A DNA stretch of 64,000 nucleotides, from the NCBI GenBank assembly GCA_030264375.1, contig JASCQW010000099.1, forward strand, positions 67,100,792 to 67,164,791, given 5' to 3'. This DNA comes from Carcharhinus longimanus (lineage: Eukaryota). Below, one piece after another: positions 23,800 to 36,819 of the stretch (position 1 is its first letter; each line of letters opens with the position of its first letter). The notes beneath the pieces were generated by a model. That model was not told the origin of the DNA. It made no database searches and saw only the letters and a program-made list of their open reading frames with translations. The translations under genes were made by a program, and so were the position numbers.

Positions 23800-25610
23800 A
23801 GTTCTTTTAAAGGCCCTTCCAAATAGCAAGTCACAATGATAAGTCTCAGGGATGACAATATCCACCACTCTTCATTACCATCAAGCCAGAGGCTTAACCT
23901 GGGCTCAATGAAGAGTGCAGGGGAGCATACCAGGAGCAGCACCAAGCATATTTAAAAATGAGGTGTCAACATGGTAAAGCTACAAAACAGGACTGGTTGC
24001 ATACTAAAGAGCATAAGCAGCATGCAATAATCAAAGCAAATGGATCCCACAACCACTGCATCAGATCGAAGTTCTGCAGTCCTGCTACATCCAGTTATCA
24101 ATGGTAACGGACAACTAAAGAATGAACAGAAGAATGAGTTTCCACAAATAACCCCATCTTCAATAATGGGGGAGCCCAGCACTTCATTGCAAAGGAGAAT
24201 GTTGAAGCATTTGCTACCATCTCCAGCCAGAAATGGCAAATAGATGATCTATCTTGACCTCCTCCCTGAGGTCCCCAGCATCACAGGCACCAGTTGTCAG
24301 CCAGTTCAGTTCACTCCATGTGACTTTAAGAAACAGCTGAAGGCACTGGATAGTGCAACATTCCAGCAATAGTACAGAAGATTTGTGCTCCAGAACCACC
24401 TGCGTTCCTAACCAAGCAGTAACAGTACAGCTACAACACTGGCATCAGCACAACAATGTGTAAAATTGTCCATGCATGCTCTGTACACAAAAGCAGGACA
24501 AATCCAACCTGCCAAATTACCACCCCTCAACTGGACTTTAGTACTTGAGCCACAATTCACACTACACAAGTGCCAGGTGTTACGAAGGGGAGGGTGATCT
24601 CCTCTCAGAGAGCTAACACTCAGCCACTCAAAAAGAAGTACCTCCCTTTCATAATCTTTTAAAAAATATGAGAAATGGTACAATCTGCTTACAGCAATTT
24701 TTAGTGGTTAAATCAAGAATGATTCCTTGAGACTTGCTATTTAAAAGAAACAAGTATCCACTTTATTTTCTAACCAACAATAAACAGATTAACTAAACTA
24801 TTAACATACGGAAAAAAATACTATTCTAATGGAATGCTGTTGAGATAATTACAATTCCCACTTACTAACAAATAAAAAAACAGGATTTTTATAGTCACTC
24901 TCAAATGTCAATCAGGTTTGTCGTCTTCCTGGAATCATCTTCTGTACTTCTGTTCTTCTGAGATCAAATGAGGCTTTTAAAAACATAAAATGTAGCCTTT
25001 ACACTGTCTGAGAGGTGTCTGTCTGTGTCTCTCTGTCTAGCTGTTAGCTGTGGCAGGCTGCCGACAAGCAGTCTTCTTGTGGCTTCTGGCCCTTTGGAAC
25101 TGAGAGCAGTGGCATTTATACCCCTGATGACATAGCAAAATTCGTACAATAGGATTAGTTTACAGGTTATCGAAGCATCAAAATTCAAATCTGATAGGCT
25201 GATGCAATTCAAATGCTTATTTTAAATTGATTAGTTGACATTCAAAACCTGTGTTACCACAGCAATCCTGTTGTTTTGCCTCTCAATACAATATTTCAAT
25301 CTGTACTGGATTCTTGCACCTGCAGCTCCCAGCATACAGACAAAACCACATTTTAAGAAGACAATTTTAACAACTCTTAGCATTTTATCAGTATTTATAA
25401 TATTTATAATTTTACAAAACATGAACTTCACAACAAAGGCAATGATTATACCCAGCAAAAAAGAATTCGGCTATCTCCATTGACATTCAGTGGTATCACC
25501 ACTGAATCTTTCACTGTCAGCTATCCTGCGGATTACCAAAAACTGTAAATAAGTGGCTACAAGGGAGGTCAGAGGCTGGCAATTCTGTGGCATGTAACCA
25601 TCTACTACAG
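23800..25610 (+). mobile_element. CR1/L2-group LINE fragments split by a solo LTR
   Basis: CAAAAGCAGGACAAATCCAACC encodes the K-Q-D-K-S-N-P-A-N-Y RT start. The host sequence GTGCCAGG|CAATGA is contiguous across 24578-25435. Confidence 0.7.
24578..25435. mobile_element. Solo LTR (Gypsy-type)
   Basis: TGTTACGAAG...CTTCACAACA termini (TG...CA, imperfect 10-bp inverted repeat) and a 4-bp TSD CAGG/AAGG. Related to 42958-43690. Confidence 0.75.
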
Positions 25611-25848
25611 GTCTGACTTGAAGATAGCGCAGAGCCTAAAAGTAGTCTGAGCCCAACAGAGCTGAATTATACATGGTTTCTTGATCTTTACTGCTCCATT
25701 AGCATCCAAATCAGAGTGCTGAGAAGACAAAAGTTAACATTTTGATACCAAATTTCTCTGGAGTAGATGCACCTTAAAATGTTAACAAAATGTACATTTC
25801 AATTAGTTTTACTCCTTTGATCTGAACTGTATCTGTTTTTATCTTTAG

Positions 25849-25913
25849 GATGACAGAAGCACTGGATTCCTTCTCGGATATTCCAACCAGTAAACACAAT
25901 CGATCATTTATAG
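25849..25913 (+). CDS. CLIP4: CLIP4 internal coding exon, (R)MTEALDSFSDIPTSKHNRSFI(G)
   Basis: Acceptor ctgtttttatctttag|G and donor ATAG|gtacgt; 65 nt, phase 2 to phase 1, in frame with the upstream exon. Resembles human CLIP4 VTDSLDTLSEISSNKQNHSYPG as recalled. Missed by the ORF track. Confidence 0.87.
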
Positions 25914-25934
25914 GTACGTAATTCACTTGTACAC

Positions 25935-26055
25935 TAGAATTCTGCACCCTGCCCGCTGTGGAATCGGAGCAGGTGAGGGGCAGACAACAGAAATGTCTGT
26001 TGATCTCAGATGGGAATTTCTGGTCTCGCTCGAGCAAGGCCATAAAATCCCGCCC
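25935..26055. mobile_element. Short MITE about 20 nt downstream of the exon donor
   Basis: Ends CTAGAATTCT... and ...AAAATCCCGCCC, of the same type as other GGG/CCC-ended MITEs. Confidence 0.45.
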
Positions 26056-26729
26056 ATTGTGTTTGTTTCATTATTACTGTGAGCTCTAAAATAGTGTTTC
26101 ACTTTTGCCACAATACTATATTTTACATTAGTGAGGTGTTCCACCTGATCTAATCAGTCACATTTTAATTTTTAAAATAATACAATAAAAAATGCAACTA
26201 GTTAATAAAGTTTAAAAAGCATTGTATTCATCCAATCATGGAAGTAAGTACAATTTCTTGATTTATTAATACTGAACAACTCAAATTTGATAAATAAAAG
26301 CATTACACTCAGTTGTAGCTCTGGCCAATGTTCAAGTAAATCTTGTATAGTCAACCCTGCAAGATTCAACATCTGAGTGTGTGTAAATTAAGAGAGCTGT
26401 CTGACTGATTACTCATAACAGCCAGGCTGACAGACATTAAGATCCTGGGCTCCTCCAGTGCCATCATCCCTGGTCACCAACTCTGTAAATGTTCAACCCT
26501 ACTGGGAGGATACAACCTTCAAGTGTGGGGTACACAGTTGGGTGGCTTGGCCCTGAGAATCTTCAACAATCATTGAAGACCACATGAAGTTTCATGCCTT
26601 CACATGAAATAATGCCAAGACAATTTACCTGTTACCACATAACTCTCTCCTGTTAACTGACAGATCAGTATTTCTCCATGCTGAGCACCAATTTATGATA
26701 CCATAACTGAAACATTGAGGATCAGTGAA

Positions 26730-27035
26730 GAAATGCAGATGTATGGGATTGAGGGTGATTTAGTTAATTGGATCAGGAATTGGCTAGCAGATAGGAGACA
26801 GAGGGTGNNNNNNNNNNNNNNNNNNNNNNNNNNNNNNNNNNNNNNNNNNNNNNNNNNNNNNNNNNNNNNNNNNNNNNNNNNNNNNNNNNNNNNNNNNNNN
26901 NNNNNNNGTGGATAGGTTTATGGATGGAAAGGGATTGGTTTAGGTTAGAGGGTCATTGCTTTTTTAATTGGTCGGCGCAACATCATGGGCCGAAGGGCCT
27001 GTTCTGCGCTGTAATGTTCTATGTTCTATGTTCTT
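26730..27035 (+). mobile_element. Young CR1 (RT fragment, gap, tail)
   Basis: YGIEGDLVNWIRNWLADRRQRV before the gap and GGGCCGAAGGGCCTGTTCTGCGCTGTAATGTTCTATGTTCTATG after it. Confidence 0.85.
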
Positions 27036-27059
27036 AAATATTCCAGTGCATGACTATAA

Positions 27060-27545
27060 CTTACACATAGAAAGATGACTGTAGTTATTAGATTCTAATC
27101 ACTACAGGCTCTACAGCGTTCAGTTTTACTCACAACTCCTCTAATAATGAAGTAACCTATACCAGCATACACCAGACCTGAACAACATCAAGGCTGGGGC
27201 TCACACATGGCATGCACTATTTGTTCCACATAACTGCATGGCAACGATCATCTCTAGCATTGCAGCAATTCGCTAAACTTACTTCAGCACCCTCTCCAGT
27301 TTCATGATCTCTACTTTGAGAAGCACGAACGGCAATGTCATGGGAACAGCATCATTTGTATGTCACCCTCCAAGTCACAGCCCATCTTAAGTTGGACACA
27401 TACTGTTCTACCTTCAATGGATCAAATTCTAAGATTTTCTGCCTAATTCTGTCATGAGAATCACAATCCACAAGAACTGAAATGATTCAAAGAAATTACT
27501 CTCCACCAGTTTCTTGAGGCTTTGCTCCAATTTCAAGCACAAATT
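27060..27545 (+). mobile_element. Degraded CR1/L2-group LINE 3' fragment
   Basis: Collinear with the reverse complement of 53300-54250 (e.g. CAAGTCACAGCCCATCTTAAGTTGGAC). Confidence 0.5.
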
Positions 27546-28033
27546 TAAAAGAAAATGGTTGTACATTTTCTGCTAACCTAGGTGTAATGCATAGGAAAAA
27601 TAGGATGATAATCCTTTGCTTCATTTTGATCCCTACACTCAAGCTTCCTGTATTGCTAGTTGCAAATTGATCCCATAGACATCTAGTACTGCTGCTTCCT
27701 ATAGATGCTTAAAAGGATAGTATGATAGAATATAGTAAATGCTAAACAAATTACTTTTCAATTTATTTCACTGCATTTGAAAGTGTCTAAAGCCTATAAT
27801 CATAATACTGAGGAACCTATTCAACTTATTCTTCAATTTTCCAGGCAAGAACAGGAAGCTACTAAATGGAATACTTTTACACTTAATATGCTTGACAGAG
27901 CTATAAATGATTTAGCAAGTGACAACTCAAGCTAGCTTAGCCTACGGGACAAAGGTTCTTGGCATCACCTAGACTTGGAAAAAGCTGCATGTGGTTAAAG
28001 ATCTCACTTTTATTTTGATTATTATTAATTAGA

Positions 28034-28220
28034 GACTGGAATTCTCTGGCTGTTCACCCAACGGGATTCTCCGGTCTCGCTGGTTTTGTGGCAGTGTGGG
28101 GTGGCATCGATGGGAAATTCCATTAACAGCAGCGGACCCAGAGAATCCTGCCACTAGCGAACAGCACGCCACCTTCCTCTGCTAGGATACACAAAGCTGG
28201 GAGGCTGGAGAATCTTGCTC
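28034..28220. mobile_element. Short MITE
   Basis: Imperfect TIRs GACTGGAATTCTC and GAGAATCTTGCTC. Confidence 0.5.
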
Positions 28221-28239
28221 AGAATCAGATATCCAATTT

Positions 28240-28977
28240 AGTTGGCAATAAGTTAAATGATAGAGTAAATAATGTAGATAAGACCAGAGTGTTGCAATGG
28301 GACATCGATACATTAAGCGAGTGGCAGGTGGTGTTAAATGTGGAGAAAATCTAAGGAAGATAAATCATTGTACTTTCTAAATGATGACAGTTGGGAATGT
28401 GGAGAAACAGAGATTAAAGGATCCAAGTACAGAAATCACTAAAGGCTAGTGGACAGGGACAAAAAGTAAACAAAAAAGATAATGGGATGTTGACTTCTGT
28501 CTCAAGGAGGCAGGAATACAAATGGGTGCAAGTTATAACAGTTATATGAAGGACTTGTTAGACCCAATTAAGAGTGTGATGTTCATTCTAGGCAGCACTC
28601 TTCAAAGGATATATTACAGTGCAGATTCATCAATGATATTTGGGCTCAATGGGTTAAAATATGAGGATAGTCGTATAACCTAGGCTTGTATTCTCTCGAG
28701 TTTAGAAGATTAAGGGGGATTTAATTGAGGCATATAAGATAGAGTTGACTGGGGGTATTTGGGGTAATGTTATAAAGCAGTTATTCATATTGAGAGTTGT
28801 GAAAATAGGAAGTTCTCTCCTCCAAAGAACTGTTAAGCTTAATTCAATTGAAAATTGCACAGCCAAAATTTTTGTTGGACAAGGGTGCCGTGGGTCACCA
28901 AGTCAAAGTAGGTTAATGGATTTCAGATACAGATCAGGCATGACGTAATTGCCTGGTGGAGTAGGCTTGAGGAACTG
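28240..28977 (+). mobile_element. Old CR1 3' fragment
   Basis: Degenerate CR1 RT end and 3' UTR (AGATCAGGCATGAC...GTAGGCTTGAGG). Confidence 0.65.
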
Positions 28978-30095
28978 TGTTACAACCAGGATGGGAGGAA
29001 TGTGCGGATTATCTCACCTCATTGCATCACAGTTCGTGCCATTAGTTTAAGTTACTTATCAAAATCGTCAGTTATTTACCTTCACTACCACATCTTAGTA
29101 CACAGAATAAAATGGACTTTAACTAGGCTTCTTTTAATGATTTATTATGAAACAAAACATTTTAACTATTTTCAAGCAGTAGTTAACACACAATTGTAAT
29201 TTGGAAATGTAACTATCGATCTCTCCTTAAAAATTCCCCAGGACATGCATATAAACAGCAGACACACAAGTAGTCTCTGCAGGGAAAGGCCAGTTACAAA
29301 AATCTTTATAAGCAATGGATAAAGTTCCCAGTAGATGCTGTTGATTTGGAGTTTCCTCATGTAAAGACAGGCAGTTGATCCCAGTAGATGTCTGGAGGTT
29401 CTCACCAACGTAGTTTCAGCATGGAGGAATACATTTTTGTTTTAGCTATGCAGGTGTCCAAATGCAGACCAGTTACACTCAGGTGAGGATTCTCTGGCTT
29501 CAGATTAATAGCTACACATAAAGTTTCAAGCAAGGCATGGAGAGTGTCTATTAGGGTGGTCCTCCTTCCCAATTTATTCCCCAAAAAGACTGAGTTCAAA
29601 GCTAACATGAAAAGTTGATGTTTGTCTCTGTCATGGTGATTTTCAGTAAGCCATTTTTCTTTGCCATTTTCCAGTTCCTTCCACCCATCAATCAATTATA
29701 GTGATTGAAGTTCAAAGCAAACAAACAGCACTTCCCCCTCAAAAGTACTATGCTAGGTACGAGGCTGATCAGGTGATTTTTTTTGAAACGGTATTATTGC
29801 TCCAGTCCAAAGATGAAGTTATGATCTTTTTGTAAAAAAAAAGTGTCCAAATAACACAGTGGCCTCTCAAACTTTAAAATGAAAATCCATTTTGTGAAAA
29901 TATGCTTTTCCCAACATCTCTACCCTTAAGGAATGAAATGCTATTTCCAAGTGCATCTCATTACAAAGTTTACAGGAAAGATGTGCACCATATTTAAACA
30001 AAATTCAAACATGCACTTATTCAGTTAGTCACTCCTGAAACAGGATCTGTACAGTTTTTCTGACTTGCTTTTTAGATAATTTTACAAAGGGAGGC
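28978..30095 (-). mobile_element. LTR (28978-29916) with adjoining polypurine-tract-like and internal sequence
   Basis: TGTTACA...CCCAACA termini. On the minus strand, AAGGGTAGAGA immediately precedes TGTTGGG, as expected for a PPT/3' LTR junction. Confidence 0.5.
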
Positions 30096-30099
30096 ATTG

Positions 30100-30452
30100 G
30101 CCAAGACTATTAATCCAGAACTTCAGCCAATGTTCTGAGGACCTAGGGTCAAATCCTGCCACAGCAGGTGGTGAATTTAAGTTCAATAAAAAAAATCTGG
30201 AATTAAGAATCTACTGATGACCATAAAACCATTGTTGGAAAAACCCATCTGGTTCACTAATGTCCTTTAGGGAATGAAATCTGCTGCCCTTACCTTGTTT
30301 GGCCTACATGTGATTCCAGAGCCACAGCAATGTGGTTGACTCTCAACTGCCCTCTCGAAATGGCCAAGCGTGATACTCAGTTCAAGGGCAGCTAGGGATG
30401 GGCAATAAATGCTGGCCAGCCAGCAAAGCCCATCACCCACGAATGAATAAAA
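30100..30452 (+). mobile_element. tRNA-derived SINE (family of 16120-16460)
   Basis: Collinear with 16120-16460 along its length. Confidence 0.8.
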
Positions 30453-30496
30453 CAAACCAAAAATTACATTATTGATAATGTATCAGCAATTAAATT

Positions 30497-31286
30497 GGGT
30501 GGAAATTTCTCAAAATTGCACAGAATATTGGAGCAGGTGGGAAAAGCTGTGTGAAACTCGCTGGTTTCACACTTGCCTTTGCTAAGCTGATCAGACATCA
30601 CTCTGCAATTTCAAAATACTGGTGAGGATTACACTGCCAGCTGGGGAGTGGAAAGGGTGGATGTGGGTGGGTTGGCGGGGGTTGGGGGGGGCGGTGGAGG
30701 TGTGGATGACAAAGCAGGGGCTTATAATTTGGAAGGGCACCCTGATCTTACACTAAAGTTAAAGGCTGCCTCTCCATCTCCTCCTCCAACCAACCATGAA
30801 CACTGGGGGCTTCCCATGGACATTAAGACACCTGGTAGATATAGGGAACACCCCTAACTGTCGTGTGTAGAGGGGCAATCCCTCCCCACTGAAAGATTGG
30901 GTGCCCCACCCTCCCCCACACCAGGGTGTCCCAAGCCCCTTTTCCCACCATGGACATCGCAGCACCACCACTCATAGTCTCTGCCCCATTCCCACCCCCA
31001 CTGGAGGCACAATCCCCCTTCCCACCAATCATTTATTAGGAGTCTCCAATGGGGTAACACAGAGGACCTGCCCCAGCAGTGATGATCCATGAACAAAAGC
31101 ATTAATCTGCATAATGACATTCAAATGAATCCTGATTCATGGAAATCAGATTCAAACTCTTTCTGGGTGTGAACTTGAATACTTCGCTGGCGGAGTGCAG
31201 AGGAGATCTCAAACTGAGATCTCGTTATTACAAATCCCGTTATGGCCCTCTTGTAAGAGGTAGCAGCCATAACAGAATTTCACCCA
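30497..31286. mobile_element. Harbinger-like MITE
   Basis: Ends GGGTGGAAATTTCT and AGAATTTCACCC, with a G-rich/C-rich interior. Confidence 0.55.
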
Positions 31287-31711
31287 CTGCGAATGGGCTT
31301 TGAGAATCACATCCATTTTTTTTTCTACCAATAAATCCAATCTTTATGTTATAAGGTGATATTAGCAAGTTGAAAAATCTGACATAGTGAGTCTTAAATC
31401 TTTCCTCAAACACAAAGAATGATGGTCAGTATATACTGATGTTTCTTACATCCATGATGGATATATACCTCAAAATGTTTGACAGGCAATAACAATCCCA
31501 GAGTTTCCTTTTCTACCATAGAGTATCTCTTTTGGTGCAGAATTTTTTTTTAAGAAAAGTGCTCCACTGGCTCTCTACGCCCAATTCACCTTACACCCAC
31601 CCCAAGTTACTAGCATCAATTGTCGCCATAAAGAGTTTTTTGAAATTAAGGATAGCTAACAACATTTAGGATCTCCTTCAGCTTTTTAAAAGCTGTTTGG
31701 CACTCTCTTAG

Positions 31712-31845
31712 CAAAGAGCCAAGAAAATTACAGTACAGAAACAGGCCCTTTAGCCCTTCAAGCCTGCACTGACCATGCTGCTTGACTTAACTAAAACCCC
31801 CTACCCTTCTGGGGACCGTATCCCTCTATTCCCATCCTATTCATA
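31712..31845 (-). mobile_element. CR1 3' tail fragment
   Basis: Contains ACAGGCCCTTTAGCCCTTCAAGCCTGCAC, the reverse complement of the CR1 tail. Confidence 0.6.
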
Positions 31846-33919
31846 CAACCTTTGCTTTCTTTTGCAATAAATTTGTTGGTGGAGCAGCTGTTGTGATGAA
31901 GTTTGACTAAATTTACAATAGAAATTTCATGTCCCTAAATATCGAATAGTTTCCTGTTTAGGTTTAGGGACAGGGGTGTGTTCCTATGCTTTTCTTGGGG
32001 TGGGGCTGCCCCTACATTTGAAAATTAGGGATTTTATCCTGCAAATTGCCCATTCAGTTCGGCTGTTAGATCAAGGATAATGAGGAGGAGAAGTAGTTTG
32101 ATCGATATTCCACTTCTCACATTTTCTGAAATAGCTTATCAAGAAATTACAAACCGTTATGCATAGTGATCTCTGGATGCACCAACTAAACTGCAGATAG
32201 CACTTACTGTGCATGACAGTTGTGCTTGATATATTGTGTAATTGTCGAAAAATGGAGCACTTGGTAAAGTAGTGAACAATATTGATGAAATCAATGCCAT
32301 GGAAATGGAAGAAGTCAGATGTGATTTTGGATCAAGGATGGTTAGGAACATTTGGAATCAGTGATTCTTTGTGCTGACTTGGCATGCCTCATTTCTTGAT
32401 GGCAACCTCAATGTCATTGATCATATTTGGCCAGTGAATTGTCTTTCTTGCAAATCTTCTCATCTGTTCTACATCCTTCTGAGTGATGAAATTGTTGAAG
32501 AATATCAGGCCACAGAGACTCTGGTAGAATGGTCTGCCTGATTTCAAGAGTAACTCCCCTAGAGATGCCTAGTTCATTTAAGTAAGGCCAAAATTGTCTT
32601 ACATATTCGTGGACATGCTGAATTGAATCAGACCATCTTTCAGTGATGGTTTTTCACAGATCCTGTAGTCTTTGTAAATCTTTGTCATGAAATTGTATTG
32701 TAAGAATTGTAAACCTTTGCCATGCCTTCTTGCAGCTGCTGACATTTGAATGGTGCGAAACATGCCAGATCAATTTGGTGAACATCTTGAAGTTCAATGT
32801 CAATGAAATCAACTTCTAGACCCCAAAAGATACACCTTTTTGCTGGATTAAACAATCTAAGTATATTTGATGTGACCACCAAATTATTCGGCTTGTACCT
32901 AATCCCACCATCATAACCTTGAATCTTTATCCAGCGAAGTTACAATCTTCCACTGCCAATGGTTTTCACCAAATCATCTAGCTCTACTGTAAGTCTTTTT
33001 CCAAATAAATAGGTATGAAAATGTATGATTCCATACACCAACGTTAATGTTTCCCGTTCAATGTTGGAGTAGTTGAATTGCATTACAGACAGGGATTTTG
33101 AAGCAAATGTAATCAGTTAGTCTTTTTGTACTATGCACACCCCCAGATCTTTTGTGAGGCATTTCTCTCCAATGTAGTTGCCTGACTATGATCAGAAAAC
33201 TGCAGCATGGATGCTTTTGATAATCATTGTTTTTGTGTTTCAAAGAGGTAGCGATGGTCACGGGAATCACAGATCCTTTCTCAACAGTTTCCTTCGCAAG
33301 GATGATTTTTGGGTGATATTGGGATTTGGAGACAAGAAGTTAATCATTGAAATTGTCCTTTATCATGAGGAATTGGCATGGCTTTAAAATATCCTATTGT
33401 ACTTTGGATCAGGCATATGCCAACACTGGAATAAGTGGAACTAAACAAATTGATCTGCTGCACGTTGATGGCACACTTTAGACTGTTGAATACCAATCCT
33501 TTATGATGTTCTGCTTGGATCAATAAGTGTACATTATAGTCATGTTCTTGATTTGTTCTTCCCACAATGGCAATGTCATCGGTGATACAGATGCAACCTG
33601 ACCCAGTGCATGTAATGTGGTCTTTGTGAGTTTGAAAGAGATCCCTGCAAACAGATAGTCTGAAATTGTTGAAAACAGTACCATCCAAGTGGGGTGCAAA
33701 ATGTTGTAAGCTCTTGGGATTTCACCATGAGATGTACTGACCAGTAACCATGTTTGTCGTCAAGTGTTGAGAAGAATTTTGCATCTGCAAATCTCAGATA
33801 TAACTCTTCTAATATGAGTATTTTTAAGGTTGACATTTATATCTGGATTTAAACAGGCATACTCTCAACGATTCGGCTTTCTTTATTATAGGTGACTGAG
33901 CTAAAGTTTTAAAGTCTTG

Positions 33920-34230
33920 AAGTTAAAGTTTATTTCTTAGTGTCATAATTAGGCTCACGTTAACACTGCATTGAAGTTATTTTGAAAATCCCCTAGTCGC
34001 CAGACTCCAGTACATGCTTAGGTACACTAAGTGAGAATTTAGCATGGCCAATGCACCTAACCAACACATCTTTCAGACTTGGGAGGAAACCAGAGCACCT
34101 GGAGAAAACCCACACAGACAGGGTGGAGAACGTGTAGGCTCCAAATGGTCAATCACCCAAACCAGGAATTGAAACTGGGTCCGTGGCACTGTGAAGCAGC
34201 AATGCTAACCACTGTGCCACCATGCTGCCC
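33920..34230 (-). mobile_element. HE1/V-SINE-like SINE with a Rex1-like tail
   Basis: Same family as 23387-23647; the minus strand starts GGGCAGCATGGTGGCACAGTGGTTAGCATTGCTGC. Confidence 0.85.
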
Positions 34231-34808
34231 TCTGCACTCTTCTGATGATTCAGCCTTTCTCTATTTTGCCTAATTTGACCTTCAAGTTACCCTTGAATGT
34301 GTATGCCACACTTAAATGGTGTATCAATTATTGGACTTGCATTCTTCTGCAAGTGTAATGTTTCAGCTCCCTTAAAACTGCCAATTTTGTCAAACATTCT
34401 GGTTATTTTGATATTAGATCATGAACTGAGATGATAGGAGTTCTTTCTGAGGTTGATCTGTCTTGTGATGTCTGACTAATTCCATGGCTTTTTACTAGTG
34501 TGATGTCATTAGCATGCCAGTAGACCTGTGATTGCTGGACCTTTTGGTCTTCATGGTGTAACATGTTTGTGGTAACCAAGAGGATTGATTATACTTGCGT
34601 TCCAGGACAATGGAACCTGCACATGGAATTTGTAAACAATTGTACATTGAGAGTTTCATAGTGGTAGATTTAGCCATGACTTTCATATCTTTGGATATGT
34701 GTTTTCTAGATTTCTCAGGGGTGGCATGTTGACACTTGCTCTGAGCCAATCTTATCAATAATGAGTAGTTACCAACTTTCTTAGGGCGAATCTTGGCGAA
34801 CACTTCAA

Positions 34809-34960
34809 GTAGTACAGTAAGAAGCCTCACAACACCAGATTAAAGTCCAACAGGTTTATTTGGTATCACAGGCTTTTGGAGCGTTGCTCCTTCATCAGGT
34901 GAGTGTTATGAGACTTCTTACTGTGCCCACCCCAGTCCAATGCCAGCATCTCCACATCGT
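34809..34960. mobile_element. Penelope-like mini-element with a short inversion and a decayed hammerhead core
   Basis: 8-bp TSD CACTTCAA (34801-34808 and 34961-34968); inverted arms 34814-34834 and 34904-34924; minus-strand CTGATGA at 34898-34892. Confidence 0.75.
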
Positions 34961-35154
34961 CACTTCAAATGGTGTAATGGCATCAATGTTTTCCACAAGG
35001 TTGATGATGTGAAACATGTTCATAGCTCTTCATTGTGTCATACACATCTTTGTCATTTTGTAGTTTATCAATCATGTTTCTGATGGTATATCAGACGGCC
35101 ATTCAAAATGCTTGAAGGTAGCCTTGGAGCTTGGAGAAGTGCAAAAGTCTTTGT

Positions 35155-35437
35155 AAAGTTAGAGTTTATTTATTAGTCACAAGTAAGGCTTACATTAACA
35201 CTGCAAAGAAATTACTGTGAAATTCCCCTAGTCACCACACTCTAGCACCTGTTCGGGACAATGCACCTAACCAGCATATCTCTCAGACTGTGAGATGAAA
35301 CCAGAGCATCCGGAGGAAACCCGTGCAGACACAAGGAGAACATGCAAACTCCACACAGACAGTAACCCAAGCCGGGAATTGAACCCGGGTCCCTGGCGCT
35401 GTGAGGCAGCAGCGCTAACCACTCTGCCACTGTATGC
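35155..35437 (-). mobile_element. HE1/V-SINE-like SINE with a Rex1-like tail
   Basis: Box B GGTTCAATTCC on the minus strand; same body and tail as 33920-34230. Confidence 0.85.
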
Positions 35438-36819
35438 CAAGGCTCTGGTGCACAGTTGCTGCCATTATCCCTTTCTGCCACATGCCTTGCAAGATTGATG
35501 GAAAGCTGGCCACATCTTCCACATGTCTTAGTAGGTTTGAGTATTCTAGTAAGTGTGTCAATTGGGGTTGAACTTAAGACCTGTAAGCTTCATCGATCTC
35601 TGAGAATCATTTGGGAATTATGTCCATCCTGGAGCTCTTTGTTACATAGAAACATAGAAAATAGGAGCAGGAAGAGTCCAATTGGCCCTTTGAGCCATTC
35701 GTTATCATGATGTTGCTACACATTTTGAACTTGTCTAGCAGATGTTTCTGGAATGCTTCTGTTGGAGTGGATGTGATCCCCACTTAACGATTCTGTCTGC
35801 TTTCTCTATTTTAAAAATCACTATGTATCCGTTTCCCTGCATCTGCTGATGAGGTGGTCTGTAGATTCTGTAGACTGTTGTTCAAATTACATGAACGCCA
35901 GTTGATGAGTATGGCAGTTTAACTTTCCATCTGACTACACAGGAAAGCTTTGAGGACACTGTGCTCAAATAAAATGCTGGTAAGCAGATAGATCCCTTGC
36001 GTAGAGATTACAGTGGAGAGCCTGTCAATTCAGTGAATGGACAGTGCTTTGAGAGGACGAGCACCCAGTTAGTTCAGTTGATGATACTTGTCTTCCAACA
36101 TATTCATATCTTTTGGGGATCCTTTAGCTCTTTTACTGTTAATCCTAACATGTTCAACCTGTGTGAACTTCCATTCTCAATTGCTAGGCTAATTTCTATG
36201 GCTTACTTTTCTGGTTTCCACATACCTGAATCAGGAAACCATAGTCCTATACGCTGTTTGAATGTTTTGAATTTGGATTCTAGGTCAGTTGTACCCAATT
36301 CAAAGTGCAGAATTTTGTGAAGTATCTCTTTGACCTGCCTTCTCCATTGGTACCTGGGATGAGTGTTTTCCTCAGCAGCTTTTGCACGCTTTTCCAAAGC
36401 TCCGCCTGTTAGAATCGCAACCTTCTCTTATATGATTTTTATGACAGTTTAATTGGTTTTTTTGCTTGATCCTTCCTTGCTCACTACTGATCCAACCTGC
36501 ACGCTGGTCACTCACCTTTCCTAGCTGAGCTAACCTGATGCTGGTCCTCTCAACACACTGTGCCACTCACTGAATTGACTGGCTATGCACTGCGATCTGC
36601 ATCATGAGGCAACCATCTGCTTACCAGTATTTTATTTCAGCACAGTATTTTCAAAGCTTTTCTGTGCAGTCACCACGCTGCAATTTCACCTCTGTCCCAA
36701 GTTTCACTTCTGTTGCGGTCTGACCAAAATGTCGAGGGTTGGTTTATGCCATGTAGGAGCTAAGAAGCATCAAGAGCAGAAAATATTATTGGGAGTTGTC
36801 TAGAAATGATACAAAGTAT

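Noticed and set aside
35375-35437. tRNA genes at box A/B matches
   Set aside because: The heads run directly into SINE bodies and lack a complete cloverleaf.
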